Below, in pieces: positions 1 to 7,604 of a stretch of 32,000 nucleotides of DNA (position 1 is its first letter; each line of letters starts with the position of its first letter). A program made the position numbers and the translations under genes. This DNA is from Edaphobacter aggregans. GTDB lineage: Bacteria > Acidobacteriota > Terriglobia > Terriglobales > Acidobacteriaceae. Where the stretch lies: NCBI RefSeq assembly GCF_003945235.1, contig NZ_RSDW01000001.1, forward strand, positions 210,001 through 242,000, read 5' to 3'. The notes under the pieces are model-generated. The model saw nothing but the letters and a program-made list of their open reading frames with translations, did no database searches and was not told the DNA's origin.

Positions 1-2295
1 AACGACACTCTTTCGATCCCCGTTACTTCCGCCGCCCCCGGCAACCCCACCAACACCTACACCGTCCCCCTGAGCAGCACCTACACCACACAAAACACCG
101 GCCTGCAGATCACCCCAACACAAACCAACTACGGCCCCACGCCTGATTCCACCCTCGGCCTCACCCGCCAATTCACCATCAACAACCTCACCGCGAAATC
201 CCTCACCCTCGCACTCGCACTCCCCCGCCAGTTCATCCTCGCCTCTCCCCCCTGCGCCGCCCTCGCCCCCAACGCCTCCTGCGACTTCAGCGTCACCTTC
301 CTCCCCCTCACCAACGGCGACATCACCGGAACCCTCTTCGCCCAAGCCACCCCCACCGACGGCACCCCGGCCCTCAACGGCCTCGCCTACGTCGAAGGCT
401 ACGGCACCGGCACCGGAACCCTCGCCATCACCGGTCCCATCTCCCCCGGAAACCTCGTCAACTTCGGCCAGGTCACCTCCGGCCAATCCGCCACCCAGAC
501 CCTAACCCTCACCAACACCGGAGCCGCGCCCATCACCGTCCGCCGAATCACCTCCGGATGGCCCTTCCTCGCCACCTCCACCTGCGGCCTCACGCTCACG
601 CAGAACCAAAGCTGTACCGTCACCCTCACCTACACCCCGCTCAACCAGCAAGCCACCGGAACCCCCTCCCCCCAGCGCAACAACGACGCCGGAGCACTCA
701 TCATCGAGAGCGACGCCCTCTCCAGCCCCGACGTCCTCGATCTCACCGGCGAAGCCGCACCCCTTCTCGTCTCCTCCCCCACCAACACCGCCCCCCTCAT
801 CTCCTTCGTCGCATCACAAAGCTCCCTCACCTTCGCCCCCACCGGAGTAGGCAACGCATCAACCCCGCAAACCCTCACACTCGCCAACACCGGAACCACC
901 ACCATCCACATCACCGCCCTCCAATCCACCCCAGACTTCACCGTCACCAGCACCTGCGCCACCCTCCTCCCCGGAGCAAGCTGCCCCATCACCGTCAGCT
1001 TCACCCCACAACTCCCCGGCACCCGCATCGCCGCCCTCGAGATCACCTCCGACTCCACCACCCCACTCGAATTCATCAGCCTCCTCGGCAACGCCACACC
1101 CGCAATCATCACCTTCTCCCCCACCTCGCTCGACTTCGGCACCGTCCTCGTCGGCACCACCTCGCAACTCCCCATCCAGATCACCAACAACAGCACCACT
1201 CCCGCCACCTTCACCAGCCTCACCGCAACAGGCGACTACGCCGTCACCGGAAACTGCCCCACCGCCAACAACACTCTGGCACCCAACACAAGCTGCACCG
1301 CGCAAGTCATCTTCACCCCCACCACCACCGGCACCCGCTCCGGCACCCTATCCCTCTCGAACTCCCTCACCACGCTCCCGCTCACCGTCCAACTCACCGG
1401 CATAGGAGCCCAATCCCACCTCCAGATTGCCCCGAGCACTCTTACCTTCGCCTCACTAGCAGTAGGCTCCTCCGCCAACCTCACCCTGACCCTCTCGAAC
1501 ACCGGCACCGCGACCCTCACCAACATCGCCCTATCCATCACCGGCGACTACGCCGTCACCACACCCTGCGGCCTCACCAAGCTCGCTCCCGGAATAAGCT
1601 GCGCCGTCACCATCACCTTCACCCCCACCACCACCGGAGCCCGCACCGGAGCCCTCACCATCACCAGCACCGACCAAAGCTCCCCCGCCACCATCCCGCT
1701 CACCGGAACCGGCATAGCCAACGGAACCTTCACCCTCACAGTCAACGGAGCCGCAGCTTCCACCGCAACCGTCAAGAGCGGCGAACCCGCCAATTATTCC
1801 CTCACCCTAACGCCCCAAAACACCTTCAGCGGAACCGTAGTCCTCAACTGCACCCCCATCAACCCCGGTCAATACGCCACCTGCTCGCTCCTCCCCTCCA
1901 ACATCACCCTCGACGGCGCCGCGCAAAACGCCGTCGCCACCATCAACACCGTCACAGAAGTCACCACCTCCGCCAACCACCCAGACCACAACCCCAACAC
2001 TCGAACCACCCCCTCGCTCCTCTGCCTGCTCCCCGCCGCTCTACTCTTCTTCTGGAGAGCCCGTCACCGAACCGCAAAAGTAACTCGCACACTACTGCTA
2101 CTAACCCTCCTCACTGTCACCACTCTTCTCTCCTCAAGCTGTGGAAGCGGCGGCTCCGTAAACAGCAACAACACCAACCCCAATCTCCGCTACACCCCGC
2201 CCGGAACCTACCAATATCAAGTCACCGCCACCTCCACCACAGGCATCCAGATCACCCAAACCGTGACTCTCAACCTCATCGTTACCACCCAGTAG
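1..2295 (+). CDS. Large secreted/cell-surface repeat protein, 5'-partial (choice-of-anchor-D / HYDIN-type Ig-like beta-sandwich repeats)
   Basis: Hand translation shows frame +1 open from base 1 to TAG 2293-2295, with no start in the window. The product is Thr/Leu/Pro-rich. It has tandem modules carrying 'FGxV..S..QTLTLTNTG ... C..L.PG.SC.(I/V)TV.FTP..G.R.A.L.I.S', the pattern of choice-of-anchor-D/ASPM-SPD2-Hydin-like domains. The track ORF 558..2489 (H/P/R-rich) is the +3 off-frame shadow of this gene. Confidence 0.8.
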   Translation, partial: NDTLSIPVTSAAPGNPTNTYTVPLSSTYTTQNTGLQITPTQTNYGPTPDSTLGLTRQFTINNLTAKSLTLALALPRQFILASPPCAALAPNASCDFSVTFLPLTNGDITGTLFAQATPTDGTPALNGLAYVEGYGTGTGTLAITGPISPGNLVNFGQVTSGQSATQTLTLTNTGAAPITVRRITSGWPFLATSTCGLTLTQNQSCTVTLTYTPLNQQATGTPSPQRNNDAGALIIESDALSSPDVLDLTGEAAPLLVSSPTNTAPLISFVASQSSLTFAPTGVGNASTPQTLTLANTGTTTIHITALQSTPDFTVTSTCATLLPGASCPITVSFTPQLPGTRIAALEITSDSTTPLEFISLLGNATPAIITFSPTSLDFGTVLVGTTSQLPIQITNNSTTPATFTSLTATGDYAVTGNCPTANNTLAPNTSCTAQVIFTPTTTGTRSGTLSLSNSLTTLPLTVQLTGIGAQSHLQIAPSTLTFASLAVGSSANLTLTLSNTGTATLTNIALSITGDYAVTTPCGLTKLAPGISCAVTITFTPTTTGARTGALTITSTDQSSPATIPLTGTGIANGTFTLTVNGAAASTATVKSGEPANYSLTLTPQNTFSGTVVLNCTPINPGQYATCSLLPSNITLDGAAQNAVATINTVTEVTTSANHPDHNPNTRTTPSLLCLLPAALLFFWRARHRTAKVTRTLLLLTLLTVTTLLSSSCGSGGSVNSNNTNPNLRYTPPGTYQYQVTATSTTGIQITQTVTLNLIVTTQ
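424..1713 (+). repeat. Four tandem ~100-110-aa domain repeats inside the surface-protein CDS
   Basis: The Cys-containing module recurs four times. The last two copies are 312 nt (104 codons) apart and share nucleotide strings: ggcgactacgccgtcacc at 1231 and 1543, and ttcacccccaccaccaccgg at ~1311 and ~1617. Confidence 0.7.
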
Positions 2296-2382
2296 CCATT
2301 GTTTCTCGCAGAACACCCTTGCGAGGCAACCCGACTGCCCAGTCGTATGATCTGACGCCTTGTCAGAGCCAAGGGGCAATCG

Positions 2383-3702
2383 ATGCGTTCCTATACCACG
2401 CGTGTGGCTGTTTGGATCGTCCTGTATCTGCTGTTCATTCTCGCCCCCCTCTTCGCGCTCCTCGCGGGTTCGTTACCTCCCGCGCGTGATTTCTGGACCG
2501 AGTTCTCCGTCGCCATCGGCTACGCCGGCCTTGCGATGATGGGCCTGCAATTCGGCCTCACCGCGCGCTTCCGCTACGTCACCGAGCCCTGGGGCGAAGA
2601 CGTCATCTACCATTTCCATCGCCAGATCTCGCTCATCGCAGTCGCCCTGGTCATAGCGCACCCGATCATTCTCTTTGCCGTCCGGCCAGAACTGCTCGTA
2701 CTCCTCAACTCCTTCACAGCCCCCTGGCGAGCCCGCTTCGCAGCAATGTCCGTCTACTCCCTCATCGCGCTCGTAGTCATGGCCATCTGGCGAGTCAAGC
2801 TGAAGATCAGCTACGAAACCTGGCACATCACCCACATCCTACTCGCCATCATCGCCGTCGCAGCCGGACTCGCCCACATGGTGGGATGGGCCTTCTACCT
2901 CGTCTCCCCTTGGAAGCGCACCCTATGGATCTGCATGACGATCTTCTGGATCGGCCTGCTCTTCTACGTCCGCATCATCAAGCCACTGTTCCTCCTCCGC
3001 CGCCCCTACCGCATCGCCGAGGTCCACAAAGAACGAGGCGACACTGCAACGCTGGTCATGCAGCCCGAAGGTCATTCCGGCTTCCGCTTCACCCCCGGCC
3101 AATTCGGCTGGCTCACCGTCTGGGGAAGCCCGTTCAAGATCACCGGACACCCCTTCTCCTTCTCATCCAGCGCCGCCGCCCCCGACGGACGCGTCGAGAT
3201 GACCATCCGCAACCTCGGCGACTTCACCAGCACCATCCACACATTGCCCGTCGGCAAACGCGTCTACCTTGACGGCCCATACGGTGCGTTCACCGTCGGC
3301 AACCCAGCAGATATGCACGTACTCATCGCCGGCGGCATAGGCATCACCCCCATGATGAGCATCATCCGCACCTTCGCCGACAACGGCGACAAGCGCCCCG
3401 TCATTCTTCTCTACGGCAGCAAGGACTGGGAATCAATCACCTTCCGCGAAGAACTAGACGCGCTAAAAGACCGTCTCAACCTGACCATCGTTCATGTCAT
3501 AAGAAACCCACCAGCCGACTGGACAGGCGAGCGCGGCCACATCACAGCAGAAGTATTCAAACGCCATCTGCCGCCACCCTACGCCGACCACGAGTACTTC
3601 ATCTGCGGCGCAGACGTAATGATGGATTCAATCGAAAAAACTCTCGACGAGCTGCACGTGCCAATCTCAAAGTACCACTCCGAACGCTATAGCTTCGTCT
3701 AA
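2383..3702 (+). CDS. NOX-family flavocytochrome (ferric-reductase transmembrane domain + FAD-binding + NAD(P)H-binding domains)
   Basis: 439 aa with an N-terminal region of about 6 TM helices. Two bis-His haem motifs with 13-residue spacing are present (HRQISLIAVALVIAH and HILLAIIAVAAGLAH). The FAD motif GHPFSFSS, the NAD motif AGGIGITPMMS and a C-terminal ICGADVMM are also present. SD AAGGGG lies 6 nt before the ATG. Confidence 0.9.
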   Translation: MRSYTTRVAVWIVLYLLFILAPLFALLAGSLPPARDFWTEFSVAIGYAGLAMMGLQFGLTARFRYVTEPWGEDVIYHFHRQISLIAVALVIAHPIILFAVRPELLVLLNSFTAPWRARFAAMSVYSLIALVVMAIWRVKLKISYETWHITHILLAIIAVAAGLAHMVGWAFYLVSPWKRTLWICMTIFWIGLLFYVRIIKPLFLLRRPYRIAEVHKERGDTATLVMQPEGHSGFRFTPGQFGWLTVWGSPFKITGHPFSFSSSAAAPDGRVEMTIRNLGDFTSTIHTLPVGKRVYLDGPYGAFTVGNPADMHVLIAGGIGITPMMSIIRTFADNGDKRPVILLYGSKDWESITFREELDALKDRLNLTIVHVIRNPPADWTGERGHITAEVFKRHLPPPYADHEYFICGADVMMDSIEKTLDELHVPISKYHSERYSFV

Positions 3703-3712
3703 GGAGGCAGCC

Positions 3713-3808
3713 ATGCGCCGTCCACTCGCCAACAAGCTCGCCATAGCCACAGGAGTAATCGTCATCCTGATGTCCGCTCTATTCGCCCTCTGGCGCATAT
3801 CCAGCTAA
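3713..3808 (+). CDS. 31-aa single-TM micro-protein (not in the ORF track, below its size cut-off)
   Basis: A consensus SD AAGGAGG (3701-3707) lies 5 nt before ATG 3713, which is 10 nt after the NOX-like stop. The product is MRRPLANKLAIATGVIVILMSALFALWRISS, a basic N-terminus followed by one hydrophobic helix. Stop TAA is at 3806-3808 and a hairpin follows at 3848. Confidence 0.5.
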   Translation: MRRPLANKLAIATGVIVILMSALFALWRISS

Positions 3809-3847
3809 GCAAACCACCTCCACCAAGTACTCGCAGGGGTCACAGTG

Positions 3848-3889
3848 CATCGACAAGGGGCAACGCCAAACCGTTGCCCCTTGTCGATG
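3848..3889. terminator. 18-bp perfect stem-loop between convergent genes (putative bidirectional terminator)
   Basis: catcgacaaggggcaacg (3848-3865), a 6-nt loop, then cgttgccccttgtcgatg (3872-3889). It sits between the stop at 3808 (+) and the stop at 3903 (-). There is no clear U-tract on either side. Confidence 0.55.
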
Positions 3890-3902
3890 TCATTCCTGCT
3901 CG

Positions 3903-5537
3903 CTACTTCGTCGATGGGGCAGGTGTTTCAATGCGAGGCAGCATCTCGGCGCGAGTGGCTGCGTTGTAAGCAAACCATGCTTCGATCATCGCTCCCTGCA
4001 TCACATCGCCCTTCTGCACACGGTCGTACAGATCCATATTGGAATGGTGCGTACGCGTGCCGTATTCAAGCGGATCCTGCATGAAACCCACTCCGTCCAG
4101 GCCAATCCACGAGAAGCTGGTCGAGTCCGTGCCACCGGGCTGCAACGTCGGGCCGGCGGTCAGGCCCGTCACAGTCTCGATGCCAAGGTCCTTGATAGGT
4201 GCAATCCACGATTGGAAGATAGCGGCGAGCTGCGCATTCCCCAGTGCCGATACAGCCCGGAATTTGCCCGAGCCCGAGTCGTCATTGAAGTACACATCCA
4301 GCTTGTCATACTCCGGAGTCTTCTTCATCGTGTCGCGTGGAGCAAAGTGCTGTTGCACATACGCCAGCGAACCGTAGAGCCCTTCCTCTTCGCCGCCCCA
4401 CAAGGCCACGCGAACAGTGCGAGGCATAGGCTTGTGCATCGTAGCCAGAATACGCACAGCTTCCATGGCCACCGACGAGCCTGTGCCATTGTCGGTCGCC
4501 CCCGTGCCGCCCTGCCAGCTATCGAAATGCCCACCCACCATCACGACCTCGTCAGACTTCGTCGTACCAGGAATCTCTCCGACCACGTTGAATCCCATCT
4601 GATCGTCCTTCTGGTATTCGGTCTCGATGTCGAAGGTCAGTTTCGGTGTAATGGCGTGCTGCAGCAGGCGGCAGATACGGTTGTACTGTTCGGGCGTAAT
4701 CGCTGCCATCGGCGGTCCGACTGGATCCTTGGGATCCTGTGATCCGCCGTACGAGGCAAAGATCGTGCCCCCGTCGCCGTTGTATCCCGGTGTCAACGCT
4801 ACGGCCACACCCTCTTCCTTCAGGAAGGCATTAACCTGATTACGCAGAACACGACCGCTCGGCGCTGCCGTGGAAAGCGTCGCAGGCGTGTACTCCCCTG
4901 GCCGAGGGGCTGCAGCTCCTGGCCGGCCACCACCGCCAAAGCCGTTGCGTGAAGGATCCGGCGTCTTCGTACGTGCTTCGATCTCCGCATCGGTCAGGCG
5001 ATGCGCTTCTGCCTCCGTATGAAGCTCCAGCTCGCGTGGATCGAAGATCAGTACAATCTTGCCCTTCAACTTGCCTTTATATTTGGCAAAATCTTCCTTG
5101 GAGTGCAGCGGCGCCAATACCGCTTCAGCCGTTACCGGTCCGTTCGTCCCCGGCGTCCACGCTAGAGGGAAACCAAGCAACGAGGCGTATGCTGGAGTTT
5201 CCAGTGCGCCATAGTATTTCTTGATCTGCCAACCATCGCCGAACGGACCCCATTTTTCCAGGTGCACATTCTGCATCCCCCACGATTTCATCTGCTGCAT
5301 AGCCCACTCTGCGGCCGCTCTATGATTGCGGCTATTGTTGACGCGCGGTCCATAAACCTCAGAGATGTAGAAGAGGTTCTCCATGACCTGTGAGTGCTGA
5401 AAAGCTTCATTCTTGATCTGATTCAAAGCGCCCAGATCAACCTTATCTCCATCTTGTTGCTGTGCAGGCGCGACCGAAGTGAATAGCAAAGTCAGGGTGC
5501 AGGTGGCGGCAGCCAACCTGAAGCGAAGCAGGCTCAC
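3903..5537 (-). CDS. Secreted M28-family zinc aminopeptidase with PA-type insert
   Basis: M28 metal-ligand motifs are present: GGHFDSW, TDNGTGSS and WGGEEEGLYGS. The longest ORF starts at 5606. However, GTG at 5537 is preceded by GAGGAGGAGAG and a 5-nt spacer, and it yields a clean signal peptide (MSLLRFRLAAATCTLTLLFTSVAPAQ). Confidence 0.9.
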   Translation of the reverse strand: MSLLRFRLAAATCTLTLLFTSVAPAQQQDGDKVDLGALNQIKNEAFQHSQVMENLFYISEVYGPRVNNSRNHRAAAEWAMQQMKSWGMQNVHLEKWGPFGDGWQIKKYYGALETPAYASLLGFPLAWTPGTNGPVTAEAVLAPLHSKEDFAKYKGKLKGKIVLIFDPRELELHTEAEAHRLTDAEIEARTKTPDPSRNGFGGGGRPGAAAPRPGEYTPATLSTAAPSGRVLRNQVNAFLKEEGVAVALTPGYNGDGGTIFASYGGSQDPKDPVGPPMAAITPEQYNRICRLLQHAITPKLTFDIETEYQKDDQMGFNVVGEIPGTTKSDEVVMVGGHFDSWQGGTGATDNGTGSSVAMEAVRILATMHKPMPRTVRVALWGGEEEGLYGSLAYVQQHFAPRDTMKKTPEYDKLDVYFNDDSGSGKFRAVSALGNAQLAAIFQSWIAPIKDLGIETVTGLTAGPTLQPGGTDSTSFSWIGLDGVGFMQDPLEYGTRTHHSNMDLYDRVQKGDVMQGAMIEAWFAYNAATRAEMLPRIETPAPSTK

Positions 5538-5962
5538 AGTATCTCTCCTCCTCAAAAATGAGGTTTGGTTGACGATCGATTGGAAAGGAAGAACCTGGCC
5601 ACTCATCCGAACGGCAGGCTTTCCGACACACTCTTTGAATTTCGAGATGTGACAAAGCTATTGAATTCGGATTCACAATGCAACACAGTTGTTGGGGCGG
5701 TGGCCGATTTCATTACACCTCGCAAATCGAATGCCCGATCTGCTGCGCGGCTTCTGCCTAAGGTGAGTATTCGCGCAGAAGCGCAAACCACTCCACAACC
5801 CCACGTCCAACCACCTACTCCCCGCACCCAAAAACGTGACACCCACTAAACCACACTTGCCACACTTTTTACCGCTAACAAACCACCAAAACACCAACGC
5901 AACACACCACTTTTCGCAAATTCTCTACGAAAAAAACAGGCTAAAAAAATCGCACAAAAAGA

Positions 5963-7108
5963 CTACGCCTGCTCCACTTTCAAAGACACCGGAACCTGCT
6001 CCACAATCTCAATCCCGAACCCCTGCAGCGCCGGCACATGCGTAAGCGTATTCGTCAGCAGACGAATCTTATGAATCCCCAGATCCGATAGTATCTGCCC
6101 ACCCAAACCCACCTGCCTCAACGTCCGCTGCGTCCTGTCCTCATGCCCCTCCCGAGCCCGCTGCTCGCGATGAAACACCACTCGCGACGGAGTCACTCCC
6201 CGATCAATCCCAAACCCCTTCGTTCCATTATGCAGATACACCAAAGCCCCGCGCCCAGCCTCAGCAATCATCCGCAGCGAGTTCGCCATCACCACCCTGC
6301 AATCACACAATTTAGTCGAGAACACATCGCCCGCCAAACAATGCGTATGCACCCGTACCGTCACCGGCTCTTCACCTGTCACATCGCCATAAACCAGCGC
6401 CACATGCGACTCATCGCCCTCTACCTCGCTCTCATATGCAATCACGCGAAAATCCCCATGCTCTGTAGGCATCAGCGACTCCGCCACACGATGGATATAC
6501 CGTTCATTCTGTAACCGGTAACGGATCAAATCCGCCACCGTCACCATCTTCAATCCATGCTCTTCGCAGAACTTCACCAGGTCCGGCACCCGCGCCATCG
6601 TGCCGTCATCGTTCATGATCTCGCAGATCACACCCGCCGAAACCAGCCCCGCCATGCGCGCCAGATCGACCGAAGCCTCCGTCTGCCCCGCCCGCACCAG
6701 CACGCCACCCTTGCGAGCCCGCAGCGGAAAAACATGCCCCGGACGTGCCAGATCCTGCGCCGTAGATTTCGAATCAATCGCCACCTTGATCGTATGCGCC
6801 CGATCCGCCGCCGAGATCCCTGTCGTTACACCCTCCCGCGCCTCAATACTCTCCGTAAACGCCGTCCCAAACCGCGAAGTATTCTCCTGCGTCATCGGCC
6901 CCAGCCGCAAATAATCTGCCCGCTCCTCCGTCAGCGTCAGGCATATCAACCCTCGCCCATACTTCGCCATAAAGTTGATGGCCTCCGGCGTAACAAACTC
7001 CGCCGCCAGCGTCAGATCGCCTTCGTTCTCGCGATCCTCATCATCAACCACAACCACCATCCGTCCAGCGCGTATCTCGGCGACAGCCTCGGCAACCTCA
7101 GCAAACAT
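5963..7108 (-). CDS. ribBA: Bifunctional 3,4-dihydroxy-2-butanone-4-phosphate synthase / GTP cyclohydrolase II
   Basis: The N-terminal RibB signature is [13 protein letters not shown]...YGRGLICL. The C-terminal RibA zinc motif is [17 protein letters not shown]. The preferred start is ATG 7108, with GGAGG 8 nt upstream. The track start at 7123 is an upstream TTG. Confidence 0.95.
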   Translation of the reverse strand: MFAEVAEAVAEIRAGRMVVVVDDEDRENEGDLTLAAEFVTPEAINFMAKYGRGLICLTLTEERADYLRLGPMTQENTSRFGTAFTESIEAREGVTTGISAADRAHTIKVAIDSKSTAQDLARPGHVFPLRARKGGVLVRAGQTEASVDLARMAGLVSAGVICEIMNDDGTMARVPDLVKFCEEHGLKMVTVADLIRYRLQNERYIHRVAESLMPTEHGDFRVIAYESEVEGDESHVALVYGDVTGEEPVTVRVHTHCLAGDVFSTKLCDCRVVMANSLRMIAEAGRGALVYLHNGTKGFGIDRGVTPSRVVFHREQRAREGHEDRTQRTLRQVGLGGQILSDLGIHKIRLLTNTLTHVPALQGFGIEIVEQVPVSLKVEQA

Positions 7109-7156
7109 GATGCATACCTCCAACTCTTTCGACTACCCTCATCATAGTTCCGACGC

Positions 7157-7188
7157 AAAAAGAAAACGCCGCCCAAATCGGGCGGCGT
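7157..7188 (-). terminator. Rho-independent terminator of the small gene 7205..7432
   Basis: On the minus strand: ACGCCGCCC, loop GATTT, GGGCGGCGT, then TTTTCTTTTT. It begins 17 nt after the stop at 7205. Confidence 0.75.
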
Positions 7189-7204
7189 CGTAACATCGAT
7201 CGCT

Positions 7205-7432
7205 CTACAGAGTCGACTCAATCTCAAATCCCCAGGCCTCTAGCAGAGCCTCAGGAATGTACTTCGAATTCTTGTTCCGCCGAGCCCACTCACGGAGCCG
7301 GGTAGACCGGATGTACTGGTCCGGTGTCAGCTTGAACTCTTTTACGACCTGCTCGAACGATGTTACCGTCGGGACAACCGGCCCAATCGGCTCAGGCTTG
7401 CCCCAATTTGGATTTCCACGACGCTTCGCCAT
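7205..7432 (-). CDS. Small basic hypothetical protein (75 aa from ATG 7432; 87 aa if it starts at 7468)
   Basis: The ORF is followed by its own intrinsic terminator. The product is MAKRRGNPNWGKPEPIGPVV...YIPEALLEAWGFEIESTL. I recognise no domain. The start is uncertain, with GAGG about 11 nt upstream of 7432. Confidence 0.55.
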   Translation of the reverse strand: MAKRRGNPNWGKPEPIGPVVPTVTSFEQVVKEFKLTPDQYIRSTRLREWARRNKNSKYIPEALLEAWGFEIESTL

Positions 7433-7604
7433 ATTTTTACCGTACCTCTTTCCAATGATCAGCCGCACTTCATCTGCAACCTGGAGAAAAACACACCAGT
7501 CTTCATTCTAAGGCAGTTATGCCCACAAATCAAGGAGAGAGCCGCGATTCGAAAGCCCCCTTTCGGAGGCCCTTTTCAGGCTGCACACAAGCCTAGATAT
7601 TGCC

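Noticed and set aside
2011-2079. PEP-CTERM / exosortase sorting signal in the surface protein
   Set aside because: The hydrophobic helix plus Arg cluster is reminiscent of one. However, there is no PEP tripeptide, and the segment is followed by about 70 more residues, so it is not C-terminal.
558-2489. 643-aa + strand ORF, the longest in the first 2.5 kb
   Set aside because: The product is His/Pro/Arg-rich low complexity. It is the +3 shadow of the frame +1 surface-protein gene and runs through the real stop at 2295 into the NOX-like gene. Frame +1 has domain structure and host codon bias.
5603-5897. Minus-strand ORFs 5603..5842 and 5673..5897 in the long intergenic region
   Set aside because: These are translations of the G/T-rich tract (Gly/Trp/Val/Cys-rich). 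They have no SD and no host codon bias, so the region is treated as non-coding.
7109-7204. Looked for an FMN riboswitch upstream of ribBA
   Set aside because: Only 96 nt are available. Most of that is the intrinsic terminator of the upstream gene, and I could find no FMN-aptamer-like conserved segments.
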